A DNA stretch of 64,000 bases from Candidatus Enterousia sp. (GTDB taxonomy: Bacteria > Pseudomonadota > Alphaproteobacteria > Rs-D84). Shown here in pieces: positions 8,516-18,388 of the stretch. The stretch covers positions 7,669-71,668 of the forward strand of contig JBGUTP010000007.1 in the NCBI GenBank assembly GCA_045133095.1, in the 5' to 3' direction. The position numbers were made by a program, and so were the translations under genes. The notes beneath the pieces were generated by a model, which saw only the letters and a list, made by a program, of their open reading frames with translations, made no database searches and was not told the origin of the DNA. The first letter of the stretch is position 1, and each line of letters starts with the position of its first letter.

Positions 8516-9445
8516 CTATCTAACCTGTTGATTCGCCAAGAATTTTTGCACATTCATATTTTTAAAACACAGGTTGTAATATTGCAGATATTGCATTACC
8601 TGTTTACGCTCTTGACGTTCAAAATTATTTTTGCACAATTTTTCATACTGATTTGAACTGCCTGACGCCACCACTTGTCGCACTATTTTCCGCCCACGAT
8701 AAGACAATCGCCCATAATATGTCACCCCAGTTTCACCCCAATCAATTATGCGCCCTGCTCTTAAATTTCTGCCATTATTTTCTTTATCACTAATTGCGAA
8801 CACGCTGTTCATACTTTGTTCTATGGGCTTGTCATCATCATATTCACCCGCCCACTTGGTCAATAAATATTTACCATAAATCAAAGATGCCATGTAAACC
8901 GGATTATTATTTTTGGGCTTTGCCTTGGTGGCGGCGAACGCCGTTGGAATTTCAAACCAAGGTCCATGTTGACTATAATTTTCAAAATCTGATTTATAAA
9001 CCTTTAACGCATAGCAAGCGTTAATTTCTGGGAAACTCATCTTGCACACTATGCCGGTCAATCCTTCCCACGGCGACACACCACACATCAACACACCACG
9101 CATTTCCAACACGCACGACGTTCCGAACAACGCCCCAATTTCAGACAAATTAAACACAGTATCCTTTTCCTGCTCTTTAATAGTCCATACATTTAAAAGT
9201 AAAAAATTTTCCAGTTTATCACGAAACTGCTTAGTTACATCTGCAACGTCTTCACGCGACACGCGCGCACGCAGTTCTGGTGGCAACGCCCCAAAATAAG
9301 GCTTTACATCACAATTATAAAAAATCTGGCGCAGTCGTTCTGTACCACTGGTCCAATTTTTACGACAAAAACCAGTCAACGCCCTGTGCTTTGGTCGTTG
9401 CGTAACACGTTCACACGACGAAAATTTAATATCCTCACTCATCAC
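8516..9445 (-). CDS. Hypothetical protein with weak protein-kinase-like motifs
   Basis: 309-aa ORF; EGLTGIV, YALKVY, ..DKENNGRN.., IIDWG. Confidence 0.55.
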   Translation of the reverse strand: MMSEDIKFSSCERVTQRPKHRALTGFCRKNWTSGTERLRQIFYNCDVKPYFGALPPELRARVSREDVADVTKQFRDKLENFLLLNVWTIKEQEKDTVFNLSEIGALFGTSCVLEMRGVLMCGVSPWEGLTGIVCKMSFPEINACYALKVYKSDFENYSQHGPWFEIPTAFAATKAKPKNNNPVYMASLIYGKYLLTKWAGEYDDDKPIEQSMNSVFAISDKENNGRNLRAGRIIDWGETGVTYYGRLSYRGRKIVRQVVASGSSNQYEKLCKNNFERQERKQVMQYLQYYNLCFKNMNVQKFLANQQVR

Positions 9446-9481
9446 TCTTTAATATAACACTAAAACCACAATCGTCAACCC

Positions 9482-9679
9482 TTACTTATTCAAATCTTCG
9501 CACAATTTATTATGTCGATATATATTTCTGGCCAAATCATCACTTATAACATCCCAATCCATCGCCCGCCCAAAGATAGGCCGACACACAATCGGCGCAC
9601 AAACATTATTCTGCAATGGTGTATTTTTCGCGCAGGCTGTGGCGGATATCATCAGTAGCAGCATGAAAAATCTCTTCAT
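9482..9679 (-). CDS. Small lipoprotein (o-spanin/Rz1-like)
   Basis: MKRFFMLLLMISATA-C lipoprotein signal; C..PI...D.ISDDLARNIYRHNKLC pattern. Confidence 0.55.
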   Translation of the reverse strand: MKRFFMLLLMISATACAKNTPLQNNVCAPIVCRPIFGRAMDWDVISDDLARNIYRHNKLCEDLNK

Positions 9680-9836
9680 CTATCCCCCTTTCCATATTTA
9701 TTAAATAACTTTGTTGTTGCGTTGCAAATGCGCTGCTCTGTCCAAGGCAGGCATCAACCCCGCTTTTTCGACCGACAAAAAAAGCAATAAAAATCACACA
9801 AACCGCAACAGTTATTTCGAACAAAAACACTTTCAT
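9606..9836 (-). CDS. Small single-TM protein (i-spanin/Rz-like)
   Basis: N-terminal TM (ITVAVCVIFIAFFVG), helical periplasmic tail; 3' end overlaps the lipoprotein gene by 74 nt. Confidence 0.5.
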   Translation of the reverse strand: MKVFLFEITVAVCVIFIAFFVGRKSGVDACLGQSSAFATQQQSYLINMERGIDEEIFHAATDDIRHSLREKYTIAE

Positions 9837-9866
9837 AAAAAACTCTTAATAAACAAACGAATTTTT

Positions 9867-9888
9867 AAACCCGCCAATTGGCGGGTTT
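9867..9888. terminator. Terminator after rho
   Basis: AAACCCGCCA-AT-TGGCGGGTTT. Confidence 0.75.
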
Positions 9889-9891
9889 ATG

Positions 9892-11160
9892 CTATTGATT
9901 CATAGAATTGAAAAAATCTGCATTAGTCTTGGTCATTCTCAGTTTATCTAACAAGAACTCCATTGCCTCAAGTGTTCCCATTGGATTGATAATTCTGCGC
10001 AAAACATACATTTTATTCAGAATATCCTTACCGACCAACAAATCTTCTTTTCTTGTTCCAGACTTAGTAATATCAATTGCCGGATAGACACGTTTATCAG
10101 ACAACTTTCTATCCAGAATAATTTCACTATTACCTGTTCCTTTAAATTCTTCGAAAATAACTTCATCCATCTTGGACCCGGTATCAACCAAAGCAGTTGC
10201 AATAATGGTAAGGCTGCCCCCACCTTCGATATTACGCGCCGCACCAAAGAACCGCTTTGGACGTTGCAACGCATACGCATCGACACCACCGGTTAAAACC
10301 TTGCCGCTTGATGGCACACATGTATTATAGGCACGCCCCAAACGAGTAATTGAATCTAACAATATAACCACATCCTGTCCGGCTTCGACCAGGCGTTTTG
10401 CTTTTTCAATAACCATTTCTGCCACCTGAATATGGCGCGCTGCTGGCTCATCAAACGTCGAAGAAATCACTTCGCCCTTAACACTGCGCTGCATATCCGT
10501 AACTTCTTCTGGTCGTTCATCAATCAGCAACACAATCAATTTCACATCCGGATAATTTTCCGCAATCGAATGCGCAATATTTTGCAGCATAATTGTTTTA
10601 CCGGTACGTGGTGGCGCAACAATTAACGAACGCTGTCCCTTACCTGTTGGCGAAATCAGGTCAATCACACGCGCAGACAAATTGCGTCCTTTATCCTTAT
10701 CGTTTTCCACCTCCATCTTCAACTGTTCATCAGGATACAGCGGTGTCATATCATCAAAAGACACACGATGTTTTAATTTTTCTGGATTATCACCATTTAC
10801 ACGCTCGATTGTTTCCAACGCGAAATATCGTTCTGTTTCTGCTGCAGGTGCCTGAATTTGCCCTTCTACATAATCACCTGTTTTCAATCCATATTTTTTA
10901 ATCAAATTAGGCGACACATATAAATCATCGGGTCCCGCCAGGTAATTAGATTCTGGCGCACGCAGGAATCCAAATCCATCCTGCATTCTTTCTAAAACCC
11001 CATCCCCAATCAGTGTCACTTTATTATCAGCGGCAAAAACCCGCATAACCGCAAAGCGCAACTGTTGTACGTTCAACTGTGATGGGTTTTCAATTCCCAT
11101 ATCTTCCGCCATTTTCAGCAATTGCTGTGGCGTCTTGGCCTTTAATTCATTAATATGCAT
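9892..11160 (-). CDS. rho: Transcription termination factor Rho
   Basis: [46 protein letters not shown]; start at MHINEL (11160). Confidence 0.98.
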   Translation of the reverse strand: MHINELKAKTPQQLLKMAEDMGIENPSQLNVQQLRFAVMRVFAADNKVTLIGDGVLERMQDGFGFLRAPESNYLAGPDDLYVSPNLIKKYGLKTGDYVEGQIQAPAAETERYFALETIERVNGDNPEKLKHRVSFDDMTPLYPDEQLKMEVENDKDKGRNLSARVIDLISPTGKGQRSLIVAPPRTGKTIMLQNIAHSIAENYPDVKLIVLLIDERPEEVTDMQRSVKGEVISSTFDEPAARHIQVAEMVIEKAKRLVEAGQDVVILLDSITRLGRAYNTCVPSSGKVLTGGVDAYALQRPKRFFGAARNIEGGGSLTIIATALVDTGSKMDEVIFEEFKGTGNSEIILDRKLSDKRVYPAIDITKSGTRKEDLLVGKDILNKMYVLRRIINPMGTLEAMEFLLDKLRMTKTNADFFNSMNQ

Positions 11161-11215
11161 AAAAAATCCTTTGTTGGAAATACGGGCATCAGAACTGCGC
11201 CCCATGACATCATTT

Positions 11216-11244
11216 ATTTTACAACAAATTGACAAAAAAGTCAA
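11216..11244 (-). promoter_or_regulatory. Sigma70-type promoter of rho
   Basis: TTGACT-17 nt-TAAAAT on the minus strand. Confidence 0.6.
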
Positions 11245-11324
11245 GTTTTTTTATTCTTTTCACCGCCATACAAACAAAAAAAAAAGACGTCCACCCACGA
11301 ACGCCTTTTTTATCAGCACCTGCC

Positions 11325-12737
11325 TTATTTTTCTTTTAATCTAAACCGTCTTTGTCCGGCTGTTCTGCGAATAGCGTCCGCCTTGACATAGCACGTTGCA
11401 CGATTAGACATATCCATACGCAATTGATTTCCATCTGTACGCAAACTTTTGGCATAAATATTATAATTATTAAACTTCTGTTTGTGCAATGGCACACGTG
11501 ACCGCAAATCTGCATCATACAACTGCCATACAGGTTGTGCCGGATACTCAGAACTTTCTGACATCACGCCATGAACCGCCAACAACGTCCCATCAAACAG
11601 GATATCCACATCTGTGTTTAAGTGATTTTTCAGCAACCGGAAACCGTTTACAAAAACATTGTTATATGTTCCATCCAAAGTTGTCTTAACAGGCTTAACC
11701 AGCACGACCAAATCTTTTTCATCTGGCAATGGCATTTCACCATCTTCACCCACCATTTCCTTTTTATTTTGTTCGAACAACACCGCTAATTTTTTCGCCA
11801 ATTCGTCATTTTTTTTGTCCAACACAACCGAATCCAGCTTTTCTGTCTGACCATTTGCATCCACCAAAATAGTCGCCGGACGAATAGTATCTGCGGCAAT
11901 TGAAAACGCATCGCCAGGCACAATCATAACCTGACTTGGCTCACTCTTGGCAGACAACGCCCAATATGAAGTTGATGTATATTTATCTTGCATCGCGTAC
12001 AAAGAATGATTTGCCGTATCAACATACACAACATCAACGCCATTTTTTACCTCTGGCACAATCTTACCATCGTTTAAATTCACAATCAGCAAACACGCAT
12101 CTTGTTGATTAACAAACTTGCGCACAACAGCCAATCCAGATTCCGCATCAACCAAACATAACGCGTACGGTGCAGACGCCCGGTTCGAAATATTAGTCAT
12201 ATTCACGCCATTATCAAAATAAAGGGCATGTTTTCCCGCATTAGACCGCTTTGACACCAATGGCATTTTATGCCCCGGTGCCACAGATGATTTTTGCGCG
12301 ACCACTTTTCTAGGCTTCGGACTTTTCATAACTGTTCGCCCGGTAAAGACTTGATTTTCCCTGTCATACGTCGGGATTCGTTTTGCTAATGCTTCTTGCA
12401 ATGCGTCTTCGATATCCAACCCATGTCTTTTTCTGTTATAATACGCACTGCGCAAAGACATCAGCGGCGCCTTCATCCAATCGGTACGACGTCTTCCCGC
12501 TGTTTTTATTGTTTTCTTTGCAACAGGTGCTGCCTCTTTCTGAACAGGTCCATTGTTTACCGCTTGCTGTGCGGCACCATGTAAAACATTATAAGACACC
12601 TTTTCTGCCACAATCTTATATAACGACGCGATACTTTTTTCCACATTTTGCATTGCGGAACGAATTGCCGCATCTTTCATTAATTCAGGCACCAAAGAAT
12701 CGACAACTGTTTTCACTTCAACGTTATTCTTTGCCAT
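11325..12737 (-). CDS. Hypothetical protein (470 aa)
   Basis: Long ORF; ATG overlaps the msbA-like stop (TAATG); no motif recognised. Confidence 0.7.
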   Translation of the reverse strand: MAKNNVEVKTVVDSLVPELMKDAAIRSAMQNVEKSIASLYKIVAEKVSYNVLHGAAQQAVNNGPVQKEAAPVAKKTIKTAGRRRTDWMKAPLMSLRSAYYNRKRHGLDIEDALQEALAKRIPTYDRENQVFTGRTVMKSPKPRKVVAQKSSVAPGHKMPLVSKRSNAGKHALYFDNGVNMTNISNRASAPYALCLVDAESGLAVVRKFVNQQDACLLIVNLNDGKIVPEVKNGVDVVYVDTANHSLYAMQDKYTSTSYWALSAKSEPSQVMIVPGDAFSIAADTIRPATILVDANGQTEKLDSVVLDKKNDELAKKLAVLFEQNKKEMVGEDGEMPLPDEKDLVVLVKPVKTTLDGTYNNVFVNGFRLLKNHLNTDVDILFDGTLLAVHGVMSESSEYPAQPVWQLYDADLRSRVPLHKQKFNNYNIYAKSLRTDGNQLRMDMSNRATCYVKADAIRRTAGQRRFRLKEK

Positions 12738-14584
12738 TACTTTTTACCCCCAGAACGTTTTTTTGAATCTGTTTTAAATTGAATATCGCGCAGTTTTTTA
12801 TACTCCCCATCCAGCGCGCACAATTCTTCATCAGTTCCTTGTTCGATAATCTGTCCATCTTTTATCACGCAAATAATATCCGCATCCAAGATAGTTGACA
12901 ACCTGTGCGCAATAACGAACGTAGTACGCCCACGCATCAAATCTCCCAAGGCGGCTTGAATTAACTTTTCGCTTTGCGTATCCAATGCGGACGTCGCCTC
13001 GTCCAGCAACAATATCGGCGCATCTTTCAGGATTGCGCGCGCAATTGCGATACGCTGTTTTTGTCCCCCAGACAACAACCCGCCACCTTCACCAACCGGC
13101 GTATCATAGCCCTTTGGAAATTCCATAATAAAATCATGTGCATTGGCTGCCCGTGCCGCTGCAACAACATCATCATCTGTTGCATCCGGACGTCCATACT
13201 TAATATTATCGGCAACAGTTCCATTAAACAGGAACACCGCCTGCGAAACTTCTGCTATATTTTCTCTCAACGATTTCAAAGTATATTTTTTGATATCCAC
13301 CTTATTAATCATAACCTTGCCAATCTGCGGTTCATAAAAACGTTCCAGCAAATTAAACAACGTCGTCTTTCCGCCACCCGATGGTCCCACCAAGGCGCAA
13401 ACCTTGCCCGCCGGTACATTAAGGTTGATATTTTTCAGCACAGGTTCATTTGGATTATACGCAAAAGACACATCCTTAAACCCAACTGACAGACTTTTTG
13501 CATTTAATTCACGCGCATCAGGCGCATCCTTAATATCTGGTTCACTGTCCAAAAATTCGAACAATATTTCCGCCGCCAACAAACCATGCTGTAACGTATC
13601 CCCTGTCCCAGTAATACTTTTCGCTGGCTTATACGCCGCCGTCAACGCCAACAAGAACGCGGTAAAATCACCAGTTGTAATTGCGCCACTGGCAATAAAA
13701 TGTCCGCCCATAATCATCGCGATACACAAACCAATTGAAATCATAAATTCCATCAATGGCGACCGCAAAGCATTAGCCTGGGTACTTTTATATGAATTAA
13801 CCATAGAACTGTTCAACACATGCGCAAACTTTTTCCCTTCGCGTTCTTCCGCAGCGAACGCCTGAATAGTTTTAATTCCATGCAAAGTCTGATTCAACTG
13901 TTGCGACACGTTATTTGCGATACCAAAAGACTGACGCGACAATTTACGTCTTTTACGCATAATAATAACCATTGGAATCATGATTGCCGGCGCCAAGAAC
14001 ATCAGCACCACACACATCTGATGCGCATAATAGAACATCAACGCCAAAGTCATTGCCAACGTTGCGACATTTTGAACTAATTTTATAATCGTGTTTGTCA
14101 CCAGGTTAAGCACGGCACCCGCCTGAACACCAAAATAGTTCAAATTTTTCCCAATTCCGTCGCCATAAAAACGCGACAGATTCATGTGGGTCATGTGCTT
14201 ATAAATTTTTTTCTGCAAACTGGCACTTGCCAACAACCCACCCTTAGACATAATCAGCGACTTAGCATAGGTAAACGCCCCCTTTGCGCCGAACGCCACA
14301 ACAACCTGCAGCCCCAGCCAATATATAGCCTCCATGCTTTTATTTATAAACGCCTTATCCACCACCTGCTGAACCAAGGTAATTGTATATGCCTCGGCAC
14401 CCGCCGCCAAGACTGTAAAGACAACACCCGCCGCCAACCACTTCCAATAAGGTTGTCCAACTTCGCGCCAAACCCGACCATACAAAGACCACTTTATACG
14501 CCCGTTACTTTCATCGCCTTTTACAAAGGCCTTTATTTTATTCGATATTTTCTTAATCATAGCGCCCATATTATAAGAAATCAT
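12737..14584 (-). CDS. msbA: ABC transporter ATPase/permease, MsbA-like (probable start 14560)
   Basis: TM domain plus GPSGGGKT, LSGGQKQR, LLDEATSALD, IAHRLST. Confidence 0.8.
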   Translation of the reverse strand: MISYNMGAMIKKISNKIKAFVKGDESNGRIKWSLYGRVWREVGQPYWKWLAAGVVFTVLAAGAEAYTITLVQQVVDKAFINKSMEAIYWLGLQVVVAFGAKGAFTYAKSLIMSKGGLLASASLQKKIYKHMTHMNLSRFYGDGIGKNLNYFGVQAGAVLNLVTNTIIKLVQNVATLAMTLALMFYYAHQMCVVLMFLAPAIMIPMVIIMRKRRKLSRQSFGIANNVSQQLNQTLHGIKTIQAFAAEEREGKKFAHVLNSSMVNSYKSTQANALRSPLMEFMISIGLCIAMIMGGHFIASGAITTGDFTAFLLALTAAYKPAKSITGTGDTLQHGLLAAEILFEFLDSEPDIKDAPDARELNAKSLSVGFKDVSFAYNPNEPVLKNINLNVPAGKVCALVGPSGGGKTTLFNLLERFYEPQIGKVMINKVDIKKYTLKSLRENIAEVSQAVFLFNGTVADNIKYGRPDATDDDVVAAARAANAHDFIMEFPKGYDTPVGEGGGLLSGGQKQRIAIARAILKDAPILLLDEATSALDTQSEKLIQAALGDLMRGRTTFVIAHRLSTILDADIICVIKDGQIIEQGTDEELCALDGEYKKLRDIQFKTDSKKRSGGKK

Positions 14585-14606
14585 ACGTTTTATGTCTAGT
14601 ATTTAA

Positions 14607-15575
14607 TTATTTTGTATTAACCTGCGCAAAGCGTTTCTGCGACTGTATCAGTCGCAAAATCGCCCCCCAGTCTTTATACTGGTCTATAAAACTGTGACGA
14701 GAATTTTTGAACACAACAAACTTCCACAAATGTCCGTTTTTACCCTCTCGCAAAATCTTGTACTTCTTGCGCAGTTCATTTGGTAGCGATTTCCGGTCAC
14801 GACCACCCGCAACCAAAGTAATTGGAATGCCATACTTATCCATAATTTCCGGACAAAACGAAACACTGTCAACCGCACTATAAACGCCCGGCAAAACAGA
14901 CAGACATTGAAATTTACCGTTAACACGCGGTTCATGCGGACTAACCAAACCAATGGCAGTATTATAGAATTCCTGGTTATCGTCATCCCCTCCCCGCGCC
15001 CCAGGACGCGAACGAATATAATCAATAATGTATTTAGTAAAACTTTTATCAACATAAGGCGCAAACATAATAGACGCAGAAAACCGCAGTTTCTTTCGCA
15101 TACGAATACGCTTATTATAAATTTCGAATGTTGCGGTCGCACCTGCCGAATGCCCAATAACACACGAATAAGAATACTTATGCGCCTTGCATTCAGCCTC
15201 AACCCTATCCATTCCTGTATCAACCAGATTTATATACTCTTCAAATGTATGCTTTTCCGCCAATTCTTGGGAAACTTCGGGCAAAAAGTTCCCCCAACAC
15301 GTATCTAAACAATACACATCATGACGATTGACCAACGCCCAATATGCAATCACCCGCATCAACGGTTCTGTATCAGTATTAGACGCCAAACCTGGGATTA
15401 ATATCAAGCAATTTGACGCATCATCATCGATTGAATAGTGCGAAATATGCCCAATTGTTTTATTTTCGGTACGCGAACAATAATCCAGCCGCCATTTAAA
15501 CGACTGATGTTTTATATCACCTAATTCTTCGTGCCAGTTATCCGGAATCTGGACAATCTTTTTATTATATCGCAT
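14607..15575 (-). CDS. Alpha/beta hydrolase
   Basis: LIPGLAS oxyanion region, GHSAG nucleophile elbow, GGRD, SRHSF. Confidence 0.75.
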   Translation of the reverse strand: MRYNKKIVQIPDNWHEELGDIKHQSFKWRLDYCSRTENKTIGHISHYSIDDDASNCLILIPGLASNTDTEPLMRVIAYWALVNRHDVYCLDTCWGNFLPEVSQELAEKHTFEEYINLVDTGMDRVEAECKAHKYSYSCVIGHSAGATATFEIYNKRIRMRKKLRFSASIMFAPYVDKSFTKYIIDYIRSRPGARGGDDDNQEFYNTAIGLVSPHEPRVNGKFQCLSVLPGVYSAVDSVSFCPEIMDKYGIPITLVAGGRDRKSLPNELRKKYKILREGKNGHLWKFVVFKNSRHSFIDQYKDWGAILRLIQSQKRFAQVNTK

Positions 15576-15671
15576 ATCACTTCACTTAACTTACATCACA
15601 CTAAGTCTATTACAAAAACGCCAATTGTCAATATTTTTATCTAAAAGGAATAACCAAAGACAAAAAAACTG

Positions 15672-15700
15672 TTGACATTCATTCTATAAAACTATAAAAT
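15672..15700 (+). promoter_or_regulatory. Sigma70 promoter for tRNA-Ala
   Basis: TTGACA-17 nt-TAAAAT. Confidence 0.7.
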
Positions 15701-15732
15701 ACAGTCGCTTTCATCTGAAAGTGCAAAGTTTT

Positions 15733-15808
15733 GGGGTCATAGCTCAGTTGGTAGAGCACCTGCTTTGCAAGCAGGGGGTCGTCAGTTCGAGTCTGATTGG
15801 CTCCACCA
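15733..15808 (+). tRNA. tRNA-Ala(TGC)
   Basis: GGGGTCATAGCTCAG...CCTGC-TT TGC AA-GCAGG...GGCTCCACCA; G3:U70 pair. Confidence 0.97.
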
Positions 15809-15881
15809 AAATAACGGAAAGGGGGATTCGTTCCCCTTTTTAGGTAAAATGATTAAATTGCGTTAAAGGGGGTGAAGACCG

Positions 15882-16088
15882 ATGGTAAAAGTTCTAGTTC
15901 GCGACAATAACGTCGAACAGGCATTGCGCGTTGCAAAACGTAAATCACAGAAAGAAGGCCTATACCGCGAAATGAAAGAACGTCAGCGTTTTGAAAAACC
16001 AACAACCAAACGCAAACGTTTAAAAGAAGAAGCCGTGCGCAACGAAAAGAAACGTCAATCAAAACAACGCATGGTTTTCGGGTTCTAA
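15882..16088 (+). CDS. rpsU: 30S ribosomal protein S21
   Basis: [21 protein letters not shown]...[10 protein letters not shown]. Confidence 0.95.
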   Translation: MVKVLVRDNNVEQALRVAKRKSQKEGLYREMKERQRFEKPTTKRKRLKEEAVRNEKKRQSKQRMVFGF

Positions 16089-16093
16089 AAATC

Positions 16094-16115
16094 GACCGCC
16101 AATGGCGGTCTTTTT
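16094..16115 (+). terminator. Terminator after rpsU
   Basis: GACCGCC-AAT-GGCGGTC-TTTTT. Confidence 0.8.
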
Positions 16116-16170
16116 ATTTTCCAGCATTATTCCAACACATAAAATAAAACCGCGAACGCGGCTTTATTTT

Positions 16171-16899
16171 CTACATTACAAAATCTTCCCCCAGATAAAC
16201 CTTCTTTACCATTTCATCTTGCACAATCTCGGCGGTGGTACCATGCTTTAAAATTTTACCATCATGCAAAACATAACTTCTGTCGGTAATTCCCAATGTT
16301 TCACGCACATTATGGTCAGTAATAATCACACCCAATCCACGGTTTTTCAACTGCGACACCAAACTTCTGATTTCATTAACGGCAATAGGGTCAATCCCCG
16401 CAAAAGGTTCGTCCAACAAAATAAACTTAGGGTCATTCGCCAACGCACGTGCAATTTCAACACGGCGACGTTCCCCCCCGGACAACGCGGTCGCCGGACT
16501 GTGTCGCAACGCAGAAATAGAAAACTCTTCCAACAGGGTATCCAATTTCTTTTTACGTTTTTTGCGGTCAGGTTCCACCACTTCTAATATTGCCATAATA
16601 TTTTGTTCAACGGTCAGCCCACGAAAAACGCTGTTTTCCTGGGGCAAATAACCAATGTGCAATCTTGCCCTTTGATAGAAAGGCAAATGTGTTATATCCT
16701 GGGAATTTAAAAATATCTGACCACCAGTTGCCGCCAACTGTCCTGTAATACAATAGAACGCGGTTGTCTTCCCTGCCCCATTTGGCCCCAACAGCCCGAC
16801 CGATTCGCCCTGTCTGGCTTCTAACGAAACATCTTTGATAACCATACGTTTTCCGTACGACTTAGACAAATGCTGAATACGTAATACTGATTGTTTCAT
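16171..16899 (-). CDS. lptB: LPS export ABC ATPase LptB
   Basis: GLLGPNGAGKTT, YLPQENSVFRGLTV, LSGGERRRVEIARAL, LLDEPFAGIDP, TDHNVRETL. Confidence 0.95.
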   Translation of the reverse strand: MKQSVLRIQHLSKSYGKRMVIKDVSLEARQGESVGLLGPNGAGKTTAFYCITGQLAATGGQIFLNSQDITHLPFYQRARLHIGYLPQENSVFRGLTVEQNIMAILEVVEPDRKKRKKKLDTLLEEFSISALRHSPATALSGGERRRVEIARALANDPKFILLDEPFAGIDPIAVNEIRSLVSQLKNRGLGVIITDHNVRETLGITDRSYVLHDGKILKHGTTAEIVQDEMVKKVYLGEDFVM

Positions 16900-17375
16900 A
16901 GTCTTATCACCAATTCATCTGTTCTTATTTTATCACCATTACTGGAATCCACACGCACATTACCACTAAGCGTTATTGTTTTATTTTTTCGATTAAACTG
17001 CCCGGCACGCGCAGAAATATTATCCGTAACCTTTATCCCCGCAGTCACGCGACTAATCGTTCCCGACACAACATCCAAAAAGATAACATCAGGATTATCA
17101 TACTCTTGATACCCTGTCTTGGCTTGAATTTTGAACGGTTGACCACTTTTATCGGTTCCAACGAACGATGCCCCCGACATTTTAAATTGATTTGACACAA
17201 TATCTGTCATATTTATTGCGGAAATCGGTGTCCACAACAACTGCTTTGTAAACAGCGACCCTGCCACCAATGCGGCAATCATGACCAGGCCCCACCCAGT
17301 AAAAAAGAACTGCCACAGGCGTTTCAGTCGTCTGTGTTTTGACAAAATAATAAAATTCCGTTTATCTTTATACAC
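16896..17375 (-). CDS. lptC: LPS export protein LptC
   Basis: N-terminal TM then beta-jellyroll-like G.DKSGQPFKIQAK; directly upstream of lptB. Confidence 0.75.
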   Translation of the reverse strand: MYKDKRNFIILSKHRRLKRLWQFFFTGWGLVMIAALVAGSLFTKQLLWTPISAINMTDIVSNQFKMSGASFVGTDKSGQPFKIQAKTGYQEYDNPDVIFLDVVSGTISRVTAGIKVTDNISARAGQFNRKNKTITLSGNVRVDSSNGDKIRTDELVIRL

Positions 17376-17460
17376 AGGTACAGTTTAACCTGTCAATATA
17401 AAAAAAGCAATTTTTATATTTATCAAAGATTTTTTTTATGATATAATGTCACCCAGAGAG

Positions 17461-18270
17461 ATGAAAAAGTTTTTAACATTTTTTATATGCACATTTATAA
17501 TTGCCCACGGCACGGGCATGGCTGTTACAATTAAAAAAGCATCATCTGTATCAACAAAGCAAACATCTGTCACTGATGCGGGGGCTGGATTCATCCCCAC
17601 GGTAATGAACATAATCAGTGGCGTCCAACAATTAAATCAAAAGCAAAAAACACTAACTGCCGAATGTTTACCCAGCAGTCGTGAAATCCAATTCGTAAAT
17701 GAACTTGTCAAAGAATGGGCAAAAACCGGTGCCGCCACCGCCACAGAGGTTGAAACAAAACTAAAGATGAAGCGCTGTCAACAACCATCTGGCGGCTACG
17801 CATCTTCTGTACAACTTGCCGCGGGAACCGACGAAGACGAGCTGCTTTGTTACGACTGGTTTGGCGACAGTGGCGACCGAAACACCGTCTGGGAAGGTTT
17901 TCCAAAGGCAACCACTGCATCATATTGCACAGATGGCTCACTAAGTTGTTCTGAAAAAGAAAAGAAACAAGTTTCAAATATTTACGACGTATTTAACCTG
18001 GTCGACTTTGCCGAAGCAGACTATGCCAACCAACAAGAACTGAACATGGCGGCAAACCTGCTAAACAAGGTTGAAAAATGTTCCTATGCGAAATTAAACG
18101 CACAAAAGAAAGCAATGTGGGGGGAATTCCTGGTCAACACCATCAGCACAGCCGGTCAAAAGACCAGCACCGGCAGCATTATGCAGGTGGTGGGCAGCAC
18201 TGCTAACGCAGGTCCCATGGGCGCGCTGCAATCTCTTGGTGGATTTGCCACACAGTTTATGAACAAATAA
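17461..18270 (+). CDS. Secreted hypothetical protein
   Basis: Signal peptide MKKFLTFFICTFIIAHGTGMA; several Cys; own terminator. Confidence 0.7.
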   Translation: MKKFLTFFICTFIIAHGTGMAVTIKKASSVSTKQTSVTDAGAGFIPTVMNIISGVQQLNQKQKTLTAECLPSSREIQFVNELVKEWAKTGAATATEVETKLKMKRCQQPSGGYASSVQLAAGTDEDELLCYDWFGDSGDRNTVWEGFPKATTASYCTDGSLSCSEKEKKQVSNIYDVFNLVDFAEADYANQQELNMAANLLNKVEKCSYAKLNAQKKAMWGEFLVNTISTAGQKTSTGSIMQVVGSTANAGPMGALQSLGGFATQFMNK

Positions 18271-18290
18271 AATCGCCTGATGGCGATTTT
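18269..18290. terminator. Terminator
   Basis: AAAATCGCC-TGAT-GGCGATTTT. Confidence 0.7.
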
Positions 18291-18388
18291 ATTTTACATT
18301 TTCGGCACCCCTTTTATTTTTTTCTTCTTTACTATGGGGGCTAAAAATCGTATAATAACAAAGATAAAAAAGAACGAAGGAAAGACAA

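Noticed and set aside
8516-9836. Prophage remnant around the spanin-like pair
   Set aside because: No integrase, terminase, capsid, holin or endolysin, and no att repeats seen; flanks are housekeeping genes.
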